NCBI GenBank assembly: GCA_963762565.1
Contig: CAVXLD010000003.1
Location: forward strand, 448,001 to 512,000
Reading direction: 5' to 3'
Source of the DNA: an uncultured Verrucomicrobiae bacterium
GTDB lineage: Bacteria > Verrucomicrobiota > Verrucomicrobiia > Chthoniobacterales > JAFAMB01
DNA: 64,000 nt
Shown: in pieces, positions 10,411 to 19,080 of the stretch
Numbering within the stretch: the first letter of the stretch is position 1
Layout of the letters: each line of letters opens with the position of its first letter
Notes under the pieces: model-generated
The model's input: the letters and a program-made list of their open reading frames with translations, nothing else
Databases searched by the model: none
What the model was told of the DNA's origin: nothing
Made by a program: the position numbers and the translations under genes

Positions 10411-11229
10411 ATGAGGACCCCCGGGTTGTTTTTGCAGATATTTTTTGGATTGGTCGTTACCTCGAACTCCCAGCCGGCAGCGCAAGGAGGAGCTGAGACA
10501 CCGAATAGCTTTATCGATAACGCAATGAAGCTGCGGGAAGAAGTGCTCTTCAAATTGGAGCCAGGCGGCTTCCAACGCGGCCTTGCCGATACGAATACCG
10601 GCAAATATTTTTGGCACACCGATATCGTCACCACGACCTTCTGGATCGGCGAGACGTCGAGCGGAAATAATCCAGTACCGAATGAAGCAAGCGCCTGGGA
10701 TTTGAATTGGTCGCGTAACTACGGGGGACTGGATCTCCCTCAGAGCGGCGACCGCCAGGGATTTTTGCCGGTGAAATTTGTTCCCCGGCAAAACCCGTTT
10801 TACATCGCGCTGCCGTACAATGATGTAGCCGGTGGAAAAACCAAACCGGAGGCCCCAAAAATAATTCCTTGGTTCAAAGCGACGTTTGTCAGGTCGGGAC
10901 AGACGGTATTGAAAGGACGCTGGCTGGCGGTGCGAAAAGGAAACCGGACATGCTATGCCCAATGGGAAGATGTAGGTCCGTTTCAGACCGACCATTGGGA
11001 ATATGTGTTCGGGAATGATCGACCTCGGCCCAACCTCAATCGGGGAGCCGGGCTGGATATATCACCGGCCGTGCGGGATTATCTTCACGGGCAACCGACC
11101 GACATGACAGATTGGAAGTTTGTCGAATCGGCAGAAGTTCCCCCTGGTCCGTGGACTCTCTACGGCGACAACAACACTTTCGTGATCGACCGGCGCAAGC
11201 GCGAACAAGAGATCGCGAGGCGGCAGTAG
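10411..11229 (+). CDS. Secreted conserved hypothetical protein, possible RlpA/double-psi-beta-barrel fold
   Basis: Signal-like N-terminus; IALPY...WLAVRKGNRTCYAQWEDVGP...GLDISPAV resembles the DPBB (D.GP...LDLS) signature. Confidence 0.55.
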   Translation: MRTPGLFLQIFFGLVVTSNSQPAAQGGAETPNSFIDNAMKLREEVLFKLEPGGFQRGLADTNTGKYFWHTDIVTTTFWIGETSSGNNPVPNEASAWDLNWSRNYGGLDLPQSGDRQGFLPVKFVPRQNPFYIALPYNDVAGGKTKPEAPKIIPWFKATFVRSGQTVLKGRWLAVRKGNRTCYAQWEDVGPFQTDHWEYVFGNDRPRPNLNRGAGLDISPAVRDYLHGQPTDMTDWKFVESAEVPPGPWTLYGDNNTFVIDRRKREQEIARRQ

Positions 11230-11317
11230 GGTGCGAAACGGCGAAGGGGCGAGTGGGCGAAAGGGCGAGTCTCTTCTGGAGCGCGGCTTGACGATGTGCG
11301 TGTGGCAGGTCCCTGAC

Positions 11318-11436
11318 GTGGAAGGGCGCGCGTCCTCGCGCGCCGCGAATGGGTCTGTATCGTTGAAATACCGAACGCCTTGCTTGGTCTGCGCTCGGCT
11401 TCGCGAAAAACGGATCGCGGGGACGCGATCCCTCCC
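11318..11436. repeat. REP-like family R3 doublet
   Basis: GG(A/G)AGGGCGCGCGTCCTCGCGCGCCG paired with GGGACGCGATCCCTCCC; also at 18546-18677, 26239-26342, 32109-32137 and 41240-41343. Confidence 0.8.
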
Positions 11437-11507
11437 CTGAACGATACGCGGCAATCGTAACTCGCAACCCGCAACGCCTAACCCATAACTCCTAACCGCA
11501 CCCCGCC

Positions 11508-11825
11508 CTAGTATCCCCAAAAGCGGATCGTGTCGCCTTCTTCGTAAACTCTCTGGAAACGACCTCTCGGCGTATCGATCACCAGATTGAGGTATTTCGT
11601 CTCGCCTTTATAGGGGTCAAACCCGAAAGTTTTGTTTTCCACGTCCATCTCGGCGGCGGGCAACACGTAGCGACGTACGATTCCGGTTACGTCGACGTAG
11701 TGGCCGTAGACGCCATAGGATGCGCTGACGACTCGACCGACCGGGGCCCATACATCGGCTCGACCAATCGCCGGTGTGGTCATCGCCACCACTAAAAACA
11801 GGGATAGGAACCAACTTCTCTGCAT
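11508..11825 (-). CDS. Small secreted protein, DUF3395-like domain
   Basis: Signal peptide then SASYG...VDVT..VR...FG.DPY.G..KYL pattern. Confidence 0.55.
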   Translation of the reverse strand: MQRSWFLSLFLVVAMTTPAIGRADVWAPVGRVVSASYGVYGHYVDVTGIVRRYVLPAAEMDVENKTFGFDPYKGETKYLNLVIDTPRGRFQRVYEEGDTIRFWGY

Positions 11826-11904
11826 AGGGAAAACTAAATTCCAATCTGCAAAAATCACGCCTAGAACGCGTAGCGGTCAAAAGTGTATACGTGCGGTAGC
11901 CGTG

Positions 11905-12083
11905 ACGGGTTACCGGTTGCGAAAGGGCGGCTGTTGCCTCGGAACACATTGCGTCTCGGTCTCGGTCGCCGTTCTTAACCGATAAATAATAAAGCGCTGC
12001 ACGAGGAAGGACAGCATAGAAGAAATCTCCTTGCTTACCACGGCCTCGCAAGCGAGGCAGCGCTCCACGGGGTGGCGACCCCT
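11905..12083 (-). repeat. Second, inverted copy of the R1 element with internal sequence
   Basis: Reverse complement aligns with 10087-~10260 (R1 arm plus GCTGTCCT...GCAGCGCT.TATT internal part); left boundary approximate. Confidence 0.7.
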
Positions 12084-12164
12084 CTTTCCACCAATCACCA
12101 ATCACTTCTCACTTCTCACACGAGGAGTCGCCTCGTTATAGTCCGGGTCGGCATGCGCCTTATT

Positions 12165-12827
12165 ATGGACATTGAGCCTCTAGACAACATAGGGAGTTCG
12201 ACGCGTGAGCGCGTCTGTGGGTCTGCTTGGCCGGGGATAATCTCCGGAGTTTTTTCGTTGGTACTATTTGGTTGGTCCAGCTTTGAGAGAGCTGAAGCTC
12301 AGGGCACGCCGGCAGCTCAAGCCACGCCGGCCCCCACCCACGAAGCGAAGCCGAGTAGCACACCGGCTCAAGCAGGTACCGCTCATCCCGAAAAAGCGGA
12401 ACTCCCGCCGGGTCAAAATATCAAGGTCCAGACGAGTCCCAAGGTGACCGAAGTGTTGAACAGCCCGCCTCTCATCATTAAGGACGACGACACCCAGCTG
12501 ATTCGCCTCAAGAAAATGCGATTCAACATGGCGCTCACCGAGGCGAAAGATCGCTATACTTTGTTCAAGAAAGGCCTGATCAAGCTTTATGACCTGATCG
12601 ATGTGGGCCAGCGGGTTCTAGCTGCGCAGGCGGATTTAGCACAAAGCCCGGAAGGACGGGCGGACGTTCTGCAGAAGCAACTCGAGATTTACGCGGAAGC
12701 CGAAGACAACTTGGAGAAGCAAATCAAGGAAGGCAAAGGGGAGAACGCCGATTTAGATCACTTGCGCTACCAGCGGCTTGGTGTGGAAATTGATCTGGAA
12801 ATTCTTCGGCGCGGTCTGGCCGAATGA
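12165..12827 (+). CDS. Hypothetical exported protein with helical C-terminal domain
   Basis: Hydrophobic segment, Pro/Ala-rich linker, amphipathic helical C-terminus; start uncertain. Confidence 0.6.
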   Translation: MDIEPLDNIGSSTRERVCGSAWPGIISGVFSLVLFGWSSFERAEAQGTPAAQATPAPTHEAKPSSTPAQAGTAHPEKAELPPGQNIKVQTSPKVTEVLNSPPLIIKDDDTQLIRLKKMRFNMALTEAKDRYTLFKKGLIKLYDLIDVGQRVLAAQADLAQSPEGRADVLQKQLEIYAEAEDNLEKQIKEGKGENADLDHLRYQRLGVEIDLEILRRGLAE

Positions 12828-12870
12828 GGCTATTCCCATTTTTCACAACGAAACATTCTTGAACATCACC

Positions 12871-13770
12871 ATGAAACCGCACCGACTTTTGTTCCTCCTC
12901 CTTAGCGTTTGCTGCCTCTCGATTCCGGTTCTAGGTCAGGAAAAACCGGGTGGAACTTTGCAGAAGATCAAAGATGCCGGCGTGATCGTGATCGGCACCC
13001 GCGAATCGTCCATTCCGTTCTCGTACTACGATGAGAACAACCAGGTGGTCGGCTACTCCCAAGACCTGGCTAATCTGGTAGTGGCAGCGGTGAAACAGAA
13101 GCTGAATCTGCCAAACCTGCGCGTAAAACTCGTCCCGGTCACCTCGCAAACGCGCATCCCGCTGATACAAAACGGTTCGATTGATCTGGAGTCGGGCTCG
13201 ACGACGAACAACCTCGAGCGGGAACAGCAGGTTAGTTTTTCGGACACATTTTTCATGATCAGCACCCGGTTGCTCGTCAACAAGAACTCCGGTATCAAGG
13301 ATTTTTCCGATCTGAAGGGCAAGAACGTAGTGGTGACGGCAGGGACGACATCGGAAAAGTTGATCCGGGAAATGAACGATAAGGACAACATGGGAATGCA
13401 AATCATCGCCGCCAAAGACCATGGGGAATCCTTTCTGATTCTTCAGAGCGGACGAGCAGCCGCTTTTATGCTGGATGACGCGTTGTTGGCGGGGGAACGC
13501 GCTAAGGCTCGGAATCCAAGCGACTGGATGATCGTGGGCACTCCGCAGTCCAGAGAAGCCTATGGAATGATGCTAAAGAAGGACGACACGGAATTTAAGG
13601 CGGTGGCGGATGCCGCGATCGCGGAAGCGGAAAAAAACGGAACTGCAGCAACTCTTTATAATAAGTGGTTCATGTCGCCGATCCCGCCGAAGGGGCTCAA
13701 TCTGAATCTCCCGATTAGCGACGACATGAAGGCGCTCTTTGAGAATCCGAACGATAAACCTCTTCAGTGA
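12871..13770 (+). CDS. gltI: Glutamate/aspartate ABC transporter substrate-binding protein
   Basis: TLQKIKD.G.I..G.RESSIPFSY, VTSQTRIPL, GSTTNN.ER, KDHGESF, DDALLAGE. Confidence 0.92.
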   Translation: MKPHRLLFLLLSVCCLSIPVLGQEKPGGTLQKIKDAGVIVIGTRESSIPFSYYDENNQVVGYSQDLANLVVAAVKQKLNLPNLRVKLVPVTSQTRIPLIQNGSIDLESGSTTNNLEREQQVSFSDTFFMISTRLLVNKNSGIKDFSDLKGKNVVVTAGTTSEKLIREMNDKDNMGMQIIAAKDHGESFLILQSGRAAAFMLDDALLAGERAKARNPSDWMIVGTPQSREAYGMMLKKDDTEFKAVADAAIAEAEKNGTAATLYNKWFMSPIPPKGLNLNLPISDDMKALFENPNDKPLQ

Positions 13771-13894
13771 GAAGTGAGAAGTGAGAGGTGAGATGTGAGA
13801 AGTGAGAGGTGAACGACGCCGTCCTTCGATCGCGATCAAGGATGGCAATGATCTCGCTCCGAGGCCCAAGTATTAACTTTTTAACTCCTCTATC

Positions 13895-14731
13895 TTGCAC
13901 ACCCTGGTTCTTACTTCATTTGGCGCGTTTACGGCCTTGTCGCAGGCCAATCACTTCTCACTTCTCACCTCTCACTTCTCACCGTCGGCGCTGATAGCCG
14001 CGTTCGACTTCAACGTCTTCCTGCAGCCGAGTCCGGAAGGCGCAATAAATAACCTGACCTATCTGTTGTTCGGCCTAGGCTGGAGTTTACTTTTGGCCTT
14101 GGCCAGCTGGGTGGTGGCCTTTGTGGTTGGATCGATCGTGGGCGTGATGCGGACACTACCAGGCCGAGTCTTACCAAGCATCGGAACTTGCTACGTTGAG
14201 CTCTTTAGAAATGTGCCCTTGTTGGTGCAACTGTTTGTTTGGTTCTTCGTGATTCCTGATCTCACGCCGATTCTCGGTGATTGGTTCAAACAACAATTGA
14301 CGCCCGTGTGGCAGGAATTCGCGAGCGGCACGGCTTGTCTTGGGCTATTCACCGCAGCTCGAATTGCGGAACAAGTTCGTTCCGGGATCGGAGCACTTGG
14401 GCCTGGCCAGCTGGGAGCGGGTCTGGCGCTCGGTTTGCGCAGAAGACAGGTCTACGTCCTGGTTTTACTTCCGGTTGCGTACCGCATTCTAATCCCGACG
14501 CTGACCTCCGAGTTTTTGAACCTGATAAAGAACACCGCGGTCGCCTCCACCATCGGATATGTCGAGCTAGCCCAACGCAGCGCCACCATGGCCGATATGA
14601 CGTCGAGGATTTATGAAGCGTTCACTGCCGCTACTGTGTTGTATGCAGCGCTCAATCTGGTGGTGATGCTGGCTGCGCGAATCTTGGAGCGATCCACGGC
14701 TTTACCCGGTTTCCTGGGGGGCCGGAAATAG
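13895..14731 (+). CDS. gltJ: Glutamate/aspartate ABC permease; true start unclear
   Basis: YVELFRNVPLLVQLF, GLFTAARIAEQVRSGI, LTSEFLNLIKN; position between gltI and gltK. Confidence 0.88.
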   Translation: MHTLVLTSFGAFTALSQANHFSLLTSHFSPSALIAAFDFNVFLQPSPEGAINNLTYLLFGLGWSLLLALASWVVAFVVGSIVGVMRTLPGRVLPSIGTCYVELFRNVPLLVQLFVWFFVIPDLTPILGDWFKQQLTPVWQEFASGTACLGLFTAARIAEQVRSGIGALGPGQLGAGLALGLRRRQVYVLVLLPVAYRILIPTLTSEFLNLIKNTAVASTIGYVELAQRSATMADMTSRIYEAFTAATVLYAALNLVVMLAARILERSTALPGFLGGRK

Positions 14732-14732
14732 T

Positions 14733-15407
14733 ATGCCTTTTGACTGGAGCTCGATTTCTCGCTCCCTGCCTTTTCTTTGGCAGGGCATGGTAACCACCCT
14801 TCAGATTACCCTGATCGCTGTACTCATCGCCATCCTCATCGGCACCCTGCTGGCAATGATGCGATTGTCGGCCAACCGGCTTCTTTCGTGGCTAGCTGCC
14901 GGTTATGTGACGGTCTTCCGCTCAATCCCATTGGTGATGGTTTTATTCTGGTTCCATCTAATCTTGATTCCCCTGGTCGCCGGTCTGCTTTTTCCCGGTA
15001 AGCAATTGGAATTGCGGTTTCTTACCGCGCTCACCGCTTTCTCGCTTTTTGAGGCTTCGTATTATGCCGAGATTATCCGGGCCGGGATCTTGAGCGTGAC
15101 CGAAGGGCAATTCAATGCCGCTTTAGCGCTCGGCATGAGCCGGGGTCAAGTGATGCGATTGGTGATCATTCCCCAGGCTTTGCGCCGCATGACACCGCTC
15201 CTATTGACCCAGGCAATTATTCTTTTTCAGGATACGACGCTCGTCTATGTCATCAGCCTGGATGATTTTTTTCGGAGGGCCTATAACATTGGAAACCGCG
15301 ACGGCACCCTCAATGAGCTCATTCTTTTTGCGGGAGCAGTCTATCTCGTGATTTGTACGTGTGCGTCCGGTTGTGTCCGGCAAATGCAGAAGAAGCTAGC
15401 TTCTTAA
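14733..15407 (+). CDS. gltK: Glutamate/aspartate ABC permease
   Basis: FDWSSI..SLP, FRSIPLVMVL, FEASYYAEIIRAGI, IILFQDT.LVYV. Confidence 0.92.
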   Translation: MPFDWSSISRSLPFLWQGMVTTLQITLIAVLIAILIGTLLAMMRLSANRLLSWLAAGYVTVFRSIPLVMVLFWFHLILIPLVAGLLFPGKQLELRFLTALTAFSLFEASYYAEIIRAGILSVTEGQFNAALALGMSRGQVMRLVIIPQALRRMTPLLLTQAIILFQDTTLVYVISLDDFFRRAYNIGNRDGTLNELILFAGAVYLVICTCASGCVRQMQKKLAS

Positions 15408-15426
15408 CCGTGAATGTTCCTGAAAC

Positions 15427-16182
15427 ATGATTCAAAGCGACCAGCAAAGCGGCACGATATCGATCCGGAACGTTTCGAAATGGTATGGTGAGTTCCAGGC
15501 TTTGAACAAATGTTCAACTGAGGTTCAGAAGGGCGAGGTGGTCGTCATCTGCGGGCCTTCGGGCTCAGGTAAATCGACCTTAATCAAGTGCGTGAATGGG
15601 CTGGAGACAATCCAAGAGGGTGAGATTTTCGTGGATGGTCTTTCCGTGTCAGCTCGAAAGACCGATTTACCAAAACTAAGAGCACGCGTTGGGATGGTGT
15701 TTCAGCATTTCGAGCTTTTTCCTCATCTAACCATTTTGAACAATATCACGCTCGCTCAATGCCGGGTGCTGGGTAGATCCAAGCAGCAAGCGGTAGATAA
15801 GGCGGTTCAGTTACTCGAGATGGTAGGACTGGCGGAGCAACGGCCGAAATTTCCGGCTCAGCTTTCCGGCGGGCAGCAACAACGAGTCGCGATTGCGCGG
15901 GCACTGGCGATGGACCCGGTCGCGATGCTATTTGATGAACCAACTTCAGCTTTGGATCCGGAAATGATTAACGAGGTCTTGGATGTGATGGTGAATTTAG
16001 CTCAATCCGGGATGACCATGCTAGTGGTCACTCACGAGATGGGCTTCGCTAAGCGAGTCGCCGATCGGGTGATCTTCATGGATCGCGGTGAAATAGTGGA
16101 GGACCAGCCGAAACAAACGTTCTTCGAAAATCCTGCTACCGATCGTGCGCGACAATTTTTGTCGAAGATACTGACGCATTAG
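15427..16182 (+). CDS. gltL: Glutamate/aspartate ABC ATP-binding protein
   Basis: Walker [37 protein letters not shown]. Confidence 0.92.
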   Translation: MIQSDQQSGTISIRNVSKWYGEFQALNKCSTEVQKGEVVVICGPSGSGKSTLIKCVNGLETIQEGEIFVDGLSVSARKTDLPKLRARVGMVFQHFELFPHLTILNNITLAQCRVLGRSKQQAVDKAVQLLEMVGLAEQRPKFPAQLSGGQQQRVAIARALAMDPVAMLFDEPTSALDPEMINEVLDVMVNLAQSGMTMLVVTHEMGFAKRVADRVIFMDRGEIVEDQPKQTFFENPATDRARQFLSKILTH

Positions 16183-16191
16183 GTTGCGGTG

Positions 16192-16508
16192 GTAGGGCGA
16201 GGCTCCACTGCGACCGAAATGCCTCGCAAGGTCTGTAAAACAATCTGATTCGTGATGTGCCACGTCCGGCACTGCCGAGCCGAGATCCCAGGACGCCACA
16301 ATACACGATGACGTTTCTGTATCGCAGAGTGCACGAGGGAACCCAACCACGAATGCGCGAAATAAGCACGAATCAAGAGTAGGGTGCCTTTTCGCTTCGG
16401 TTGGATCATGGGCGGCGGCTCGGCGGTCTGTTCGAGCTGCAGATCAGGGATTCGCCTGAGCCATTACCCTTGCGGCTTCTTTGGGTTGTACGGGAGCCTC
16501 GCCGTACC
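16192..16508. repeat. REP-like family R4 inverted doublet
   Basis: GTAGGGCGAGGCTCC ... GGGAGCCTCGCCGTAC; similar doublets at 4975-5292, 32186-32393 and 38042-38247. Confidence 0.75.
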
Positions 16509-16529
16509 AAGTCGGACCCCGATTCAGTC

Positions 16530-16557
16530 TTGACCTACCGGATGGTTGATACATAAT
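16530..16557 (+). promoter_or_regulatory. Putative sigma70 promoter of the MFS gene
   Basis: TTGACC-16 nt-CATAAT about 100 nt upstream of ATG 16661. Confidence 0.45.
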
Positions 16558-16660
16558 CACCACCCAAGCTGACCGGAGACGAGGCCTTGGGACCAATCCG
16601 GAATCCTTCGGAATCGTTCCCAGAGACTCGCTAACGGGAAAGCGGACCCCCCAGAAAATT

Positions 16661-18376
16661 ATGTCAACTTCTGACGCTGTTTCGCAGTCGAATGGTGAAC
16701 TTCAAGCCAAACATCGGTTGGTCATCATCGCCTCATCTCTCGGTACTGTTTTCGAATGGTACGATTTTTATCTTTACGCGGTTCTGGCGCTGTTTTTTAG
16801 CGGCTTATTTTTTCCCTCCGGCAATCCGGTCGCCTCGAATCTGGCTGCGTTAGCGACATTCGGCGCAGGATTTGGTGTGAGGCCGTTTGGCGCGATTGTG
16901 TTCGGACGGATTGGTGACATCGTCGGGCGCAAATACACGTTTCTAATCACGATCGTGGTCATGGGTCTATCCACGGCGTTGGTTGGACTTTTGCCGACTT
17001 ATGCGCCGGCAGGTGGTTGGCCCGGGATCGGTATTTGGGCGCCGATTCTATTAGTAACCCTGCGTCTCGCGCAAGGTCTGGCGCTCGGCGGCGAGTATGG
17101 TGGTGCGGCCACGTACGTGGCGGAACATGCCCCGAAGGGGAAGAGAGGACTGTTCACCAGCTGGATTCAAACCACTGCTACCATTGGTTTTTTCCTGGCA
17201 TTGGTGATTATTTTGATCCTGAGGAGGTCGCTTGCGGAAGCCGATTTCAAGGCGTGGGGATGGCGTATTCCATTCCTCTTGTCGGTCATTCTCCTAGGTA
17301 TCTCCGTTTATATCCGCTTGAAACTGCAGGAGTCGCCAATCTTTGCCGAGATTAAGGCCCAGGGGAGAGCCTCTAAAACCCCGTTGCGCGATAGTTTCTT
17401 TACCCAACCCAATGCGCGTTATGTTTGGTTAGCCCTATTTGGAGCTACCGCCGGCCAGGGAGTCATTTGGTACACCGGCCAGTTCCAAGCCCTTTTCTTT
17501 TTGACCGGCGTCCTGAAACTTAACTACGAGATCGCTTATTACTTGATCGGGTTCTCGTTGCTGGTCGCATTCCCGCTTTTCTTATTTTTCGGTTGGCTGT
17601 CGGATCGTATCGGCCGCAAACCGATTATGCTGGCGGCTTGCCTACTGGCGGTGGTTACGTACATCCCGCTTTTTCATGCCCTAACTGGTTGTGTGAACCC
17701 GGCGCTGGAAGCGGCGCAGCAGAAATCGCCGGTCGTACTACATACCAGCGAGTTTAGCGGGTTCGGAAATAAGATTTGGGTAACGATCGTCGACGCGTTC
17801 CAACAGTATCAGCCGACGGGTGACGCGGCTGTGAGCGCCAAAGCGCGAGTCTATCTGGCCAAGCGCGGTGTTCCCTTCGAAATACAACCGGCTCTACCGG
17901 ACGCTCCGGTTTCGTTAACGGTAGGCGACAAAGCTTTGACCGGATTCAAAGATGCCGACTACGAAGCGGCGGTAACCGCAGCGGGCTATCCAAAGGCGGC
18001 AAATCCGGCTGAGGTTAATTACATTGGCGCTGAGCTCGTTCTCCTGGTGTTCATCGTCTATGTGACCATGGTTTACGGACCGATTGCCGCGTTTTTGGTT
18101 GAACTGTTTCCGACCAGGATCCGCTACACGTCAATGTCGTTCCCGTACCATATTGGTAACGGCTGGTTTGGTGGATTTTTGCCTTTGATCATCGCGTCGA
18201 TTACGGCAGCCACCGGCAACATTTATGCGGGCTTCTGGTATCCGATCGGGGTAGCGTTGATGACGCTGATCATTGGTGGAGTGTTCATTCGGGAGACCAA
18301 GAACCGCGATATCCGCAGCGAGACCACCGGAGCAGAGGAGGCGGTGCCAGAAGGGCCAGATCCTGCGTTGGCCTGA
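16661..18376 (+). CDS. MFS transporter, metabolite:H+ symporter (MHS) family
   Basis: SSLGTVFEWYDF, RPFGAIVFGRIGD, LRLAQGLALGGEYGGA, ELFPTRIRYT; inserted periplasmic loop. Confidence 0.92.
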   Translation: MSTSDAVSQSNGELQAKHRLVIIASSLGTVFEWYDFYLYAVLALFFSGLFFPSGNPVASNLAALATFGAGFGVRPFGAIVFGRIGDIVGRKYTFLITIVVMGLSTALVGLLPTYAPAGGWPGIGIWAPILLVTLRLAQGLALGGEYGGAATYVAEHAPKGKRGLFTSWIQTTATIGFFLALVIILILRRSLAEADFKAWGWRIPFLLSVILLGISVYIRLKLQESPIFAEIKAQGRASKTPLRDSFFTQPNARYVWLALFGATAGQGVIWYTGQFQALFFLTGVLKLNYEIAYYLIGFSLLVAFPLFLFFGWLSDRIGRKPIMLAACLLAVVTYIPLFHALTGCVNPALEAAQQKSPVVLHTSEFSGFGNKIWVTIVDAFQQYQPTGDAAVSAKARVYLAKRGVPFEIQPALPDAPVSLTVGDKALTGFKDADYEAAVTAAGYPKAANPAEVNYIGAELVLLVFIVYVTMVYGPIAAFLVELFPTRIRYTSMSFPYHIGNGWFGGFLPLIIASITAATGNIYAGFWYPIGVALMTLIIGGVFIRETKNRDIRSETTGAEEAVPEGPDPALA

Positions 18377-18455
18377 CGAGTTTATAGTTGACGGTTTGTG
18401 GTTTGTCGCTGGCGGGTTGACGGCTTGCAGCTAAAAAAGGTTGTTGGTTCTAGTT

Positions 18456-18490
18456 CGGGCCCGCGGGTAACGCGGGCCCGTTTGTTTTCT
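18456..18490 (+). terminator. Rho-independent terminator
   Basis: CGGGCCCGCG-ggtaa-CGCGGGCCCG followed by TTTGTTTTCT. Confidence 0.75.
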
Positions 18491-18865
18491 AGGCATCATT
18501 GCCAGGGATGCGGGTTGCCTAGATTGCGCGAGGGGGTGTAATTCGGGGAGGGCGCGCGTCCTCGCGCGCCGCGAGGACGTGTTTAGAACCCGAACGTGTA
18601 TTGTCATCCTGGATTACAAAACGTGCTGGGCATGGGCAACAATCCCGCGGCCGCGGGACGGGGACGCGATCCCTCCCATGCGTAGAGCCTGCCCGTGATA
18701 CAGACTTGGCGCGAATTATTCTATCGTAGCGCGATTGTATCGGAAGGCGATATGCGCTTGTATATCTGCAATTGATTAGTTCAGTGTACCTCCCAGGTAA
18801 CACGTTGTGTGCAAAAGCGTTATCGCAACGGCTTTTTCGGCCCCTGCGGACAGCTAACTTTCCCA

Positions 18866-19008
18866 CACTCCGCGTGGCCGGATTCGAGGACAGCCTGTCC
18901 GACGAAGCCTATGCTCTATGTTGCCAACCGCTCGAAGTCGGCCTCGCAAGCGAGGCGCGCTCCACAACCAGGCGTTGGCGAAGGCGGAAGGACGACGACG
19001 AGGACGAG
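18866..19008. repeat. Dispersed ~140-bp repeat R2 containing the R1 core palindrome
   Basis: Near-identical inverted copy at 41042-41182 and partial copy at 42425-42532; all contain GGCCTCGCAAGCGAGGCGCGCTCCAC. Confidence 0.85.
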
Positions 19009-19080
19009 AAACGAAGCCCTTGCATCCACCAAAAAGACTTGATAAGCAGCCGCAAAGAAGCGACCTGAAAGGAACTCCCC

